Shown here: in pieces, positions 14,865-26,400 of the stretch | Position numbering within the stretch: position 1 is the first letter of the stretch | How the letters are laid out: every line of letters begins with the position of its first letter | NCBI GenBank assembly: GCA_032718475.1 | Contig: JAUCBJ010001863.1 | Coordinates: forward strand, 29,916 to 93,915 | Source of the DNA: Nemertoderma westbladi | Taxonomy: Eukaryota > Animalia > Xenacoelomorpha | Reading direction: 5' to 3' | DNA: 64,000 nt | Notes under the pieces: generated by a model | What the model was told of the DNA's origin: nothing | What the model saw: the letters and a program-made list of their open reading frames with translations, nothing else | The model's database searches: none | Position numbers and translations under genes: made by a program

Positions 14865-15734
14865 CTAAATCCAAATCTTCATTTCAACTCGAGAAGCCGG
14901 ATTCCCTCTAGTAAAATGAACCCAATAAGGTCCTTTCGGCCACTCCGCACCATATTCTCCGTTCAAGTTACTAAACCCGCAGCCCCCGTACCACCACGAC
15001 CCAGTACGATCTACGGCGCAGTTGCCGAAGACGTTTTCATCATTATCGCGGTCCTTGGTAGAGAATGGGAGACCGTTGGAATACTCCAATGAGTCACCAG
15101 CAGTACCATGGTAACCAGATACATGTAGGGTGTAATTAGTTGCAGCTGATCCGATAGAGAAGTTGTTGTATTCCGCGTATTTGTGTTCGTTGTTGTAAGT
15201 CGCCCACTCCCATATATCATCACTCTTCTTAAATCCCTTTCCAGTGAACCACAAATCAACTCTCAACTTCACCCCGCCTTCACTCAGCTTGTGGATCGCC
15301 TCCAACCCCAACCAAAAGTTGGTATTCGGGTCGCCAAATCCTTCAACATATTCATCCCAGTTTCGATAGAAGTCAACAGATCCATCAACTCTTTGTTGAA
15401 TCTTCAGCCCATCTTTCTGCTTTAATAGCCGAGGAGCCATTAGCTGATACAGTGTAATGGATGAATCATGTAACCAGTAAACGAACTCTTTCAACTCTTT
15501 ATTCTTAACTTCCAACTCTTTATTCTGTTGTTCCAACTCTTTATTCTGTTGTTCCAACTCTTTATTCTGTTGTTCCAACTCTTTATTCTGTTGTTCCAAC
15601 TCTTTATTCTGTTGTTCCAACTCTTTATTCTGTTGTTCCAACTCTTTATTCTGTTGTTCCAACTCTTTATTCTGTTGTTCCAACTCTTTATTCTGTTGTT
15701 CCAACTCTTTATTCTGTTGTTCCAACTCTTTATT
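14865..15734 (-). CDS. Fibrinogen-related domain (FReD; ficolin/angiopoietin-like/FREP type) protein, exon 5: heptad repeat plus complete fibrinogen C-terminal domain
   Basis: Motifs IQQRVDGSVDFYRNWDEYVEGFGD, FWLGLEAIH, GTAGDSL, FSTKDRDND, NCA, GSWWYGGCGFSNLNG and EMKI. Acceptor TTTCCTAACAG ends at 15735 in phase 0; TAG stop at 14865-14867. Confidence 0.93.
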   Translation of the reverse strand, partial: NKELEQQNKELEQQNKELEQQNKELEQQNKELEQQNKELEQQNKELEQQNKELEQQNKELEQQNKELEQQNKELEVKNKELKEFVYWLHDSSITLYQLMAPRLLKQKDGLKIQQRVDGSVDFYRNWDEYVEGFGDPNTNFWLGLEAIHKLSEGGVKLRVDLWFTGKGFKKSDDIWEWATYNNEHKYAEYNNFSIGSAATNYTLHVSGYHGTAGDSLEYSNGLPFSTKDRDNDENVFGNCAVDRTGSWWYGGCGFSNLNGEYGAEWPKGPYWVHFTRGNPASRVEMKIWI

Positions 15735-15737
15735 CTG
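15491..15737 (-). repeat. Coding 21-bp tandem repeat encoding (NKELEQQ)n, ~11 copies
   Basis: CCAACTCTTTATTCTGTTGTT repeated nearly perfectly on the plus strand. Confidence 0.95.
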
Positions 15738-16380
15738 TTAGGAAATATTATTAATTGAAATTGTTTATTAAATTCTGTAAATCCTCTGCCCACATCTGAT
15801 CAGTGGTTGGGTTGGAGTTCTCTAGGGAAATCATTAAACGGCGGCATTTCGACCCAACATTTAGAGCAATTAAATACTAACTATATTACGTCGTTGCTAA
15901 TAAAATAGCACATTATAGCGTTACGGCACGAGTGATTTTGTTTAGTGAAATAATAGAACGAGGGCCGTAAAAGATTTAATATGGTAATTATGAACAACAG
16001 CGAATCTAATTTTATTTATTTGTGGGAAATTATTTGTAGTTTTGCACTTAAACTTTCTAGAACAACCTAATAATGACGCGGTGACATACTGGATATACTG
16101 AAATACATAGTAAATATATGGCGTAGGGACATACTGAGAAATAATGTCGCACTGCGATATAAAGTTAGGAAATATGTCGCCCTGGCGATTTGGTAGTGCG
16201 AAATTAATTCCACACAAATAAATAAAAACATAATAATAAAACAGAAGGACTTCAACACGGCAAATAATTATGTTACAAATAATTATGTTACAAATAATTA
16301 CTGGTTAAGAAACTAACATCGTTCTTTAGCTCATTATTTACATCGACTTGGTTAGTTAGGTTTGTATTTATATCGTTTAC

Positions 16381-16443
16381 TTGGTCACTCAACCGTGTAA
16401 TATTCCCCTCCAATTCTGTATTCTGTTCTTCCAGCTCTGTAAC
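16381..16443 (-). CDS. FReD gene exon 4 (63 nt, VTELEEQNTELEGNITRLSDQ)
   Basis: Flanked by TTTCCTAACAG acceptor and GTAAAC donor on the minus strand; phase 0-0; open frame; similar to the exon 5 heptads. Confidence 0.8.
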
Positions 16444-16605
16444 CTGTTAGGAAATATTTTTATAAATTTTTATTAATTCAACTCGCTTACAATATCTATG
16501 AAATCGTATGAAGTTAAAATGTTACAAATAATTACTGGTTAAGAAACTAACATCGTTATTTAGCTCATCGAGTTGGTTAATTAGGTTTGTAAGTATATCT
16601 TTTAC

Positions 16606-16668
16606 TTGGTCACTCAACCCATTGATATTTTCTTTCAACTCTGTATTCTGTTCTTCCAGCTCTGTAAC
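16606..16668 (-). CDS. FReD gene exon 3 (63 nt, VTELEEQNTELKENINGLSDQ)
   Basis: Flanked by TTTCCTAACAG acceptor and GTAAAA donor; phase 0-0; paralogous to exon 4. Confidence 0.8.
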
Positions 16669-16730
16669 CTGTTAGGAAATATTATTATAACTTTTAAGAA
16701 ATTGTCGCGCTCTCGTCACCGTAGTAATCA

Positions 16731-16920
16731 TAATTGAGTGAGATAATGTCTGGGAGACCTCAGGTGACCAAAAAAGAAAGGGTAACAACAGTTACGAGCT
16801 TTCATCCAACAGGGCTTCTCAAGCCATTCATCAAGCCCTGTCGGGTGAAAGCTCGTAACTGTTGTTACCCTTTCTTTTTTGGTCACCAGAGGTCTCCCAA
16901 ACATTATCTCAACTCAATTA
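16731..16920. mobile_element. ~190-bp near-perfect palindrome (foldback/MITE-like) in FReD intron 2
   Basis: TAATTGAGTGAGATAATGTCTGGGAGACC...GGGTAACAACAGTTACGAGCTTT...AAAGCTCGTAACTGTTGTTACCC...GGTCTCCCAAACATTATCTCAACTCAATTA; ~85-bp arms around a short loop. Confidence 0.7.
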
Positions 16921-17027
16921 TTTTATAACTTTTACGAATTTATCTCAACTTGTCACCACTTACAATATCTATGAAATCGCATGAAATTACATTTAAAATA
17001 ATAATTTAAAATAACTAACAAACTTAC

Positions 17028-17057
17028 ATTAATGGCTCCACATTGTCCATCATTTGC
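17028..17057 (-). CDS. FReD gene exon 2 (30 nt, ANDGQCGAIN)
   Basis: TTATTACAG acceptor and GTAAGT donor on the minus strand; phase 0-0; keeps the frame between exons 1 and 3. Confidence 0.65.
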
Positions 17058-17156
17058 CTGTAATAATAAATAAATTATAAATAGCTCTGCCGTACAATGT
17101 AAAAAGACCATAAGTCGCATTTTTTCCAAAATTCATTTTTCTGGTTAAGGTTGGTT

Positions 17157-17730
17157 GGAGCAGGTTAAGGCCGGATTTTCTAACCAAAACAATAAACAGT
17201 CACTTTACCAAATGAAGGAAAGGAGCAGGTTACAGAGGTTAGCCTTTCTAACCAAAACAATAAACGGTCACTTTAACAAATTAGGGAAAGGAGCAGGTTA
17301 CAGAGGCGGGATTTTCTAATCAAAACAATAAACAATCTCTTAACTAATTGAGGGAAAGGAGCAGGTTACAGAGGCGGGATTTTCTAACCAAAACAATAAA
17401 CGATCACTTAACTAATTGAGGGAAAGAAGCAGGTTACAGAGGCGAGATTTTCTAACCAAAACAATAAACGATAACATTACTAATTGAGAGAAAGGAGAAG
17501 GTTACAGAGGCGGGATTTCCTAACCAAAACAATAAACGATCTCTTAACTAATTGAGGGAAAGGAGCAGGTTACAGAGGCGGGATTTTCTAACCAAAACAA
17601 TAAACGATCACTTAACTAATCGAGGGAAAGGAGCAGGTTACAGAGGCGGGATTTTCTAACCAAAACAATAAACGATCACTTAACTAATTGAGGGAAAGGA
17701 GCATGTTACAGAGGCGGGATTTTCTAACCA
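17157..17730. repeat. 68-bp minisatellite, ~8.5 copies, in FReD intron 1
   Basis: AGGAGCAGGTTACAGAGG (or a near variant) recurs at 17221, 17289, 17357 ... 17697, spacing 68. Confidence 0.9.
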
Positions 17731-18874
17731 ACGGTAACGGTATCAAATGGAAACGGTAACGGGGTATAACATGTATAAGTAGTTTTTTCGAGTACGTATG
17801 AGTTTATGAACTGATCTTTGCTGTTGGAAGTAGTGGTGCCGCTATCAGTAACACTACACAGACAGTAGTCATGATCTATTATAAAACTGATAAATTATGT
17901 ATGTGAAACTGAAAGGTATATCCACATTTTCCACAATCCAGTTTGGCCTATCAATTATTTAAAATTTATTAGCACAACCGGTCAGCCTGTAGGCCTACCA
18001 ATACCGTATTCTAATGGTAAGGCTACACAGTAGGCCTACAGCAGTACCGGTGCCGGTACCGGTACTAAAATACCTAAAATACCTGCTTAATACCTACATC
18101 TGTACAAACAATACAGCAATAATACTGCAAAATAGTGCTCTATATACTAATACCGATACTGATAGCAGCCTGGGAGAACAGCAGTAGAGAAACCGGTAGC
18201 ATGGAACCTAACGGTAAATTTCTGGAGGACATAAAAAGTAAAAAAAAAGGACATCATGAGTGATTTAAACGGATAATAAAAATTATTGCGATAGAAAATG
18301 TTGAAAAATCCACCACATATTACAATATTACAAGAAAACTGATATGAGTTGGGGTACAATTGGTGTGGGGACAACAAATGTGGACATGGGAATAAGACGT
18401 GGCCAGGGAAACAGACGTGGACAGACGGATATCCAACGCGACATGGGGAGACCAAATGGTGGTGACAGGGATAAGTCTATACGGACAACTAGACAACTAA
18501 AAAGGACAACTGGACAACCAATATGGATATCCGGACACATCAGACTGGGTGAGGCCATAATAATAGCAAACCAGTCTGCAATACTGGGACAAAAACCAAA
18601 ATAAATGTGAACTGAATAACTAACAGACAGTTTGTGAGACAGTCAAACAGCTGTTGGCTACAGTCATGTATGCGTTGTCACTCTCTCTAGGATGCTAACC
18701 ATTTAAATAAAATTTCTGTTTGTGGAATAATTCTGTGAGAAAAATTTTTTTTTGTTTTGATGAATAAATCTAACATCCTAAATAAAGGGTTTCTTTTTTC
18801 ACGTGAGCAAATCATTAAATGAATAATTCAGATAACAACGCTAAATGAATACTTTATGCATTAAATAAACTTAC

Positions 18875-18931
18875 CTGGAGTAGGAAAAGAGCTGACAGCA
18901 GAGGAAATAGTTTAAGACTTACGGGTAACAT
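18875..18931 (-). CDS. FReD gene exon 1 (57 nt, signal peptide MLPVSLKLFPLLSALFLLQ)
   Basis: ATG at 18931-18929, hydrophobic 19 codons, CAG|GTAAGT donor. The five exons join to a ~360-aa ORF. Confidence 0.72.
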
Positions 18932-19013
18932 TTTTACAGTATTTGTAAATAACTTTGTAACTAAAGTTATGATATTTCTGATAGAGAATGGTTTTAATGC
19001 CTAAAACTCCTCC

Positions 19014-19021
19014 TATTTATA
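19014..19021 (-). promoter_or_regulatory. Candidate TATA box of the FReD gene
   Basis: TATAAATA followed by GGAGGAG on the minus strand, ~85 bp upstream of the exon 1 ATG. Confidence 0.5.
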
Positions 19022-19183
19022 CACTTTTGACAAAGGCAATTACTTATGCAATGAATAAAGTCTCATAAAGGCAATCAAAGGCGGCAAGTATTAAGACCTT
19101 TATAGAACAATTATTAGTAACTACCTTTAGTATAGATACCATTGTGTGTTAGTTATCACTTTAAATTACATTCTTATACAGAA

Positions 19184-20090
19184 AGACTGCTGCCGCCTGG
19201 CTACCAGTTGCAGTTACAGACATAGACTGCGGGCTTCTGGATACCAGTTAAAGGCAGACTGCTCGCGCCTGGCTACCAGATACATTCAGACTGCTGGCGC
19301 CTGGCTACCAGTTACAGGCAGACTGCTGTCGCCTGGCTACCAAATACAGACAAACTGCTGGCGCCTGGCTACCAGATACAGACAGACTGCTGGCGCCTGG
19401 CTACCAGTTTCAGACAGACTGCGGGCGTCTGGATACCAGTTAAAGGCAGACTGCTGGCGCCTGGCTACCAGTTACAGGCAGACTGCTGGCGCCTGGCTAC
19501 CAGTTACAGACAGACTGCGGCCGTCAGGATACCAGTTACAGGCAGACTTCTGCTTGCGTCTGCGTCTGGCTACCAGATACAGACAAACTGCTGGCGCCTG
19601 GCTACCAGTTACAGACAGACTGCTAGCGCCTGGCTACCAGTTACAGACAGACTGCGGCCGTCAGGATACCAGTTACAGGCAGACTCTGCTAGCGTCTGGC
19701 TACCAGTTACAGGCAGACTGCTGGCGCCTGGCTATGGCTACCAGTTACAGACAGACTGCGGCCGTCAGGATACCAATTACAGGCAGACTCTGCTAGCGTC
19801 TGGCCTGGCTACCAGTTACAGGCAGACTGCTGGCACCTGGCTATGGCTACCAGTTACAGACAGACTTAGGGTATCTGAATACCAGATACAGGCAGACTGC
19901 TAGCGCCTGCCTCCCAGATACAGTGATACAGATAGACTGCTGGCGCCTGGCTACCAGTTACAGACAGAATGCGGGCGTCTGGATACCAGTTAACAGGCAG
20001 ACTGCTAGCGCTTGGCTACCATAGGCAACTGCTAACGCCTGGCGACCAGTTACAGACAGACTGCGGGCGCCTGGCGACCACTTACATACA
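19184..20090. repeat. GC-rich minisatellite, ~31-33-bp unit
   Basis: GACTGCTGGCGCCTGGCTACCAGTTACAG(A/G)CA repeated with variants. ORFs 19146-19796 and 19969-20292 largely derive from it. Confidence 0.9.
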
Positions 20091-20179
20091 GGTACTGTAC
20101 GTCGCAGCGCAGTGGTTACATTGCGTTTCAGCAACTATCACGTTCGGCAAGAGTCGTAATTCGGAAATAAAGTTACGTT

Positions 20180-20510
20180 TCGGTAAAACAGAGCAAATTA
20201 CACCAGTGTTGCGTGATCTTCATTGGCTGCCTATTCTGCGCCGTATTGATAATAAATTTGCACTTTTGACATATACAGTAAGTGTGCCTTAATACAGTAA
20301 TATGGGTCGGGCCTATCTTACTGATCTCTTGCATCCACACTATCAACCACGCCCACTGCGCTCCAATGACCAGGGTCTCCCCATCATCCCACGATTTAAC
20401 CTAGAGAGCTACTGTAATCGATATTTCGCTGTAGCTGCGTCCAATATTTGGAATTATCTTCCACTCGGAGTCCGCCTTACGCCCACTGTTGCGAGTTCTA
20501 AGTTTACATG
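20180..20510 (+). pseudogene. 3' fragment of an L2/CR1-group LINE ORF2
   Basis: ITPVLRDLHWLPILRRIDNKFALLTY followed by PRPLRS...RYFAVAASNIWNYLP, the typical post-RT C-terminus of L2/CR1-like elements; interrupted by a stop/frameshift. Confidence 0.75.
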
Positions 20511-21054
20511 TACTGTACAAAATTCAATATAATTATTGGGGTCACAATATTTCATGACCTCTCCTACTTTTTTATACTCTATCCAAATGTATCGGGGTCA
20601 CAACTTTTACTTAAACACTTTTTTTTTATTTGACTTTTATTATTTAGGCAACGCCAAGGGCCGTTTGGGTTAAAATGACCCATTATAGTTTTACTCATAA
20701 TAATTGTGCAAAGTCGAATTATGTAAACACGTCAATTTTCCAAGTCAGGGCGATGCTTAATCAACATTGAAAATTCAATTCATCTGTTTGTATGTCTGAT
20801 TGTATGTCGGTGCGTGTGTGTGTATGTGTAATTTGGAAACATGGAAATATTGTCCATGAACCATATTTCCTGTATGGAAGGAACGTCTTAATTAGGCCCT
20901 ACAAACTGCAAAGTGTAGGCCTAGTCAGTGGTAATGTAGCGTTAGGTCCAAATCGGTCCTAATTCTCAATTAAATTATTCCTAACTCTCGTTTAAGTTTT
21001 GGTTCCTTTCAACTCGTCTATGTAAGCTGTGTAAAGTGTAGGACTTAAAAGCTA

Positions 21055-22248
21055 CAGTAACGCTTTCAAATAACGTCCTATTGGATCCTAATAGGATCCT
21101 AATAGGAACCTAATAGGAAATAAATAACCTTTAGAAAATCACTTGGAATTTGCCTAAAGTAAGTCTACCTAGAGTGGCTAAATATCAAAGCTTAGAAGTG
21201 TCTGTCAATCAACCTCCCGGGTTAGCTGAAAGTAGTAAAGAGAGCCGCTTTGTCTAGTGGTTGAGTTGTATTTCCCTTCCCCTGACTTATCTTACAACAA
21301 CAATACTACCCATAGGCTAATGTTAAATATGCAAAGAACACACTACTGGCTTTAACTCAACATCTGGACACATTAACTACCATACAGTAAAGGTATCGCC
21401 GCTTGTGTAAAATAGGCCCGCCAACACGTTGAGTGAGCTACAACAAGAAGTTGGCTGCTAAGGCGTAATCTGATTTTATTCGGACGTCAAACTTTTAATA
21501 ATTTTACTTAAATTATTGTGCGAACTTTTTAGATCTGGCAATTTTACCATTTCCATGGTAAAATAAATATAATTTATAATTAATAATAATATCAATATGC
21601 CAAGAGGTTAAGTTTGTAGAACTAATAAATGAAAATAAACTAATATTTGTTCTATTAATAATTACACAAATATTGTGTTTTACTCTTTATTACTGAAAAT
21701 CTGTTCAATAGTAATAAATACAGTGTGTGATCCTAAATTTATTTGTAAGTTCAATACGATTTCAAATTATTCCAGAGCCCACCAGCCCTCGGACGTTAAC
21801 TATGTGCGGATGTGTGTGGATTTCATCTATTAGAGTTTATATTTTAAATATTATTTACGTCAGACTGTCAGAGGCTGGCAATACAAGGTACAGTAGGAGT
21901 GTAATCTTCCATCGACAACCATACCTCAATTTAATGAACTGAACACTACGCAAACTTTATGCTGAGTCTAGTCCATTCTATACAACTTAATGATTGACAG
22001 GATAGAGAAGAAGTGGACTAGCACAAGCATAGTCTGAGTCAGTCCATCTTCCAGACATCAAAGTAAGCGCCGATTTCCAAGTAAATTCCTAATAAAATCC
22101 AAGTCAAATCCTAAGTGCCTCCAAGTCTGGAATTTGGGCTAAATTTCATTTACAATTAAATCCAAACTCCTATAGTAGTGAATCAGTGACTTGGATCCTA
22201 AGAGGATCCTATTAGGATCCAATACGACGTTATTTGAAAGCGGTACTG
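21055..22248. mobile_element. Non-autonomous Tc1/mariner/pogo-type element (MITE-like) with ~46-bp TIRs and TA target duplication
   Basis: TA|CAGTAACGCTTTCAAATAACGTCCTATTGGATCCTAATAGGATCCT ... AGGATCCTATTAGGATCCAATACGACGTTATTTGAAAGCGGTACTG|TA; no ORF. Confidence 0.8.
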
Positions 22249-23479
22249 TACCAGGCCACCAGGACCTAAAGCTACTGGGACTGGCTGACTCGTATCTGGC
22301 TGTCTGGCTATAATAGCCATAAATATATCATCTAGCTATCTAGGCCTACCGCCTATTGGCAACCAGTAGTCATTCTGTCTGTCATTAGCCTAGGCCTATA
22401 AATTAATAAATTGGGCTAATATATAAAAGTTGTGCTTGAAATGGAAACATTTTTGAGAATCTCTTTTGTGGACAATGTAGCCTGGCAGCCTGGTAGCGTT
22501 AGGTCCACACATCTGTAGGCCTATACTTTGTTACTGCTGAGTTAGGTCAGTAGAAGTAGGTCATCAGATCACGTAGCGTTTAGGTCCCATAGCTTTAGGT
22601 CCTCGGTTTTTGTGTCACTCGCTTCGCTCATTAATCAATAAATCAATCAGTAAATAGTCTGAGTAGTTACGTGAATGATATTATGAAACTCATCTTATAC
22701 ACAGGCTTGTTCAGGTGGAGTTGTCAACATTTCTATGTACCTCTGATCAAAATGAGAAACTCTCGTTTCGTTGTGTCACTCGCTACGCTCGTTATTGAAA
22801 CCAAATCGGATGTAAATAGCATAAGTAACTGGGCCGTAAGTCGCAAATGAGTTTCCACGCTGATAATGCCTCACTTTTGGTCATTTTGAATGATATATTT
22901 ATCAATAATATACTGTGGGTCAATTTGACCCAAACGGTATTTTTTTCTATTAATTATTTAACGAGCAATTTCTTGAATTTTATTACACATTTTGTAAATA
23001 GCTAATACTGTACATTGTAATAGCCTCAATTATTTTATTGGTATTGTTTTGTTTTGGTCTGTTTTATTTGAGTGATGATACTGTATGTGTCTTGTTTTTT
23101 AACTATCGCATACTGCGCCTTTGAACAGAACGTAAAAGTGAAGTTGCGCCTCGGCAATATATAAAGATAAATAATAGATGTTTTATATATCGATGTCGTT
23201 GCCTTTCGTCAAAAAAAGGTGCGATTCTGCAAAAAAAGGCATTGTGTAAAAATTTGGGCTGGGGGGGGGGGGTTGTGGGGTTGCGCCTCAATAACGACAC
23301 TATATTCTACATAGGACATAGGTGTATATTCGGTATATTACTGGGATACATTATACTGTGCAATGAATGTATCTTCAATCTACAGTATATAATGGTGTAC
23401 TGTTAAGTTACTGTTACTGTAGTTACTGCTACTTACGTATTGTATTTACTGATTATCCAATAGTCATGATGTGTATTTA

Positions 23480-26400
23480 TAACTTCAGCTCTAGTCACTT
23501 TGGCAATACGATGAAACTATAAAAAATATTCTAGAACACAACAATATTAATAGGGAGATAGGATACTTATCTCTCCACTCAGAAAACCACAGATATGGGG
23601 TTTTCTGACACAATCAAAATTCATTCATCTTCAGCGGAAAGACGTAGCAAATAACAGCTGATTACTTCTATAAATGTAAGTGTTACCTGTTCACATATAC
23701 CTGTGGTACCTGTTCACATATACCTGTTCACCATATCAATTTTCATATTTATAACTTCTATCCCACTCAACGAGATAAAGTATCTTAAATGAAAGTCAAA
23801 AGAACAGGTAATGTTCATGAAATAGCTGAGATATTTGAGGTGAATTATTGTATTATAAGTCAACTTCAGCTCTAGTCACTTTGGCAATACGATGAAACTA
23901 TAATAAATATTCTAGAACACAACAATATTAACAGGGAGATAGGCTACTTATCTCTCCTCTCAGACAGCCACAGATAGGGGGTGTTCCAACGCAATCAAAA
24001 TTCATCCATCTCCAGCGGAAAGACGTAGCAAATAACAGCTGATTACTTCTATAAATGTAAGTGTTACCTGTTCTTTTGACGTTCATTTAAGATTCTCTAT
24101 CTCGTGGAGTGGGATAGAAGTTATAAATATGAAAATTGATATGGTTTTTTAAAAAAATCAGAGGATATTTTGATAAATTATTGCAGAAAAATACCAAGGA
24201 TTTTGACATGGATTTAATACTTAATTATGTTCATGAAATAGCTGAGATATTTGAGGTGAATTATTGTATTATGAGTCAACTTCAGCTCTAGTCACTTTGG
24301 CAATACGAATTGATATGGTTTTTGAAAAAAATCAGAGGATATTTTGATAAATTATTGCAGAAAAATACCAAGGAATTTGACATGGATTTAATACTTAATT
24401 ATGTTCATGAAATAGCTGAGATATTTGAGGTGAATTATTGTATTATGAGTCAACTTCAGCTCTAGTCACTTTGGCAATACGATGAAACTATAATAAATAT
24501 TCTAGAACACAACAATATTAACAGGGAGATAGGCTATACTTATCTCTCCACTCAGACAGCCACAGATAGGGGGTGTTCCAACGCAATCAAAATTCATCCA
24601 TCTCCAGCGGAAAGACGTAGCAAATAACAGCTGATTACTGCTATAAATGTAAGTGTTACCTGTTCTTTTGACGTTCATTTAAGATTCTCTATCTCGTGGA
24701 GTGGGATAGAAGTTATAAATAAGAAAATCGATGTGGTTTTTGAAAAAAATCAGAGGATATTTTGATAAATTATTGCAGAAAAACACCAATGATTTTGACA
24801 TGGCTTTAATACTTCATTATGTTCATGAAATAGCTGAGATATTTGAGGTGAATTATTGTATTATGAGTTAACTTCAGCTCTAGTCACTTTGGCAATACGA
24901 TGAAACTATAAAAAATATTCTAGAACACAACAATATTAATAGGGAGATAGGATACTTATCTCTCCACTCAGAAAGCCACAGATATGGGGTTTTCTGACAC
25001 AATCAAAATTCATTCATCTTCAGCGGAAAGACGTAGCAAATAACAGCTGATTACTTCTATAAATGTAAGTGTTACCTGTTCACATATACCTGTGGTACCT
25101 GTTCACATATACCTGTTCACCATATCAATTTTCATATTTATAACTTCTATCCCACTCAACGAGATAAAGTATCTTAAATGAAAGTCAAAAGAACAGGTAA
25201 TGTTCATGAAATAGCTGAGATATTTGAGGTGAATTATTGTATTATAAGTCAACTTCAGCTCTAGTCACTTTGGCAATACGATGAAACTATAATAAATATT
25301 CTAGAACACAACAATATTAACAGGGAGATAGGCTACTTATCTCTCCTCTCAGACAGCCACAGATAGGGGGTGTTCCAACGCAATCAAAATTCATCCATCT
25401 CCAGCGGAAAGACGTAGCAAATAACAGCTGATTACTTCTATAAATGTAAGTGTTACCTGTTCTTTTGACGTTCATTTAAGATTCTCTATCTCGTGGAGTG
25501 GGATAGAAGTTATAAATATGAAAATTGATATGGTTTTTTAAAAAAATCAGAGGATATTTTGATAAATTATTGCAGAAAAATACCAAGGATTTTGACATGG
25601 ATTTAATACTTCATTATGTTCATGAAATAGCTGAGATATTTGAGGTGAATTATTGTATTATGAGACAACTTCAGCTCTAGTCACTTTGGCAATACGATGA
25701 AACTATAAAAAATATTCTAGAACCCAACAATATTAATAGGGAGATAGGATACTTATCTCTCCACTCAGAAAGCCACAGATAGGGGGTGTTCCAACGCAAT
25801 CAAAATTCATCCATCTCCAGCGGAAAGACGTAGCAAATAACAGCTGATTACTTCTATAAATGTAAGTGTTACCTGTTCTTTTGACTTTCATTTAAGATAC
25901 TTTATCTCGTTGAGTGGGATAGAAGTTATAAATATGAAAATTGATATGGTTTTTGAAAAAAATCAGAGGATATTTTGATAAATTATTGCAGAAAAATACC
26001 AAGGAATTTGACATGGATTTAATACTTAATTATGTTCATGAAATAGCTGAGATAATTGAGGTGAATTATTGTATTATGAGTCAACTTCAGCTCTAGTCAC
26101 TTTGGCAATACGATGAAACTTTAATAAATATTCTAGAACACAACAATATTAACTGGGAGATAGGCTATACTTATCTCTCCACTCAGACAGCCACAGATAG
26201 GGGGTGTTCCAACGCAATCAAAATTCATCCATCTCCAGCGGAAAGACGTAGCAAATAACAGCTGATTACTGCTATAAATGTAAGTGTTACCTGTTCTTTT
26301 GACGTTCATCTAAGATTCTCTATCTCGTGGAGTGGGATAGAAGTTATAAATAAGAAAATCGATGTGGTTTTTGAAAAAAATCAGAGAATATTTTGATAAA

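Noticed and set aside
15491-15793. Alternative-frame ORFs (KSWNNRI)n and (LFQLFIL)n
   Set aside because: Shadow frames of the 21-bp coding repeat; only the NKELEQQ frame joins the fibrinogen domain.
19146-19796. 216-aa ORF
   Set aside because: Translation of the 31-33-bp minisatellite; no independent coding evidence.
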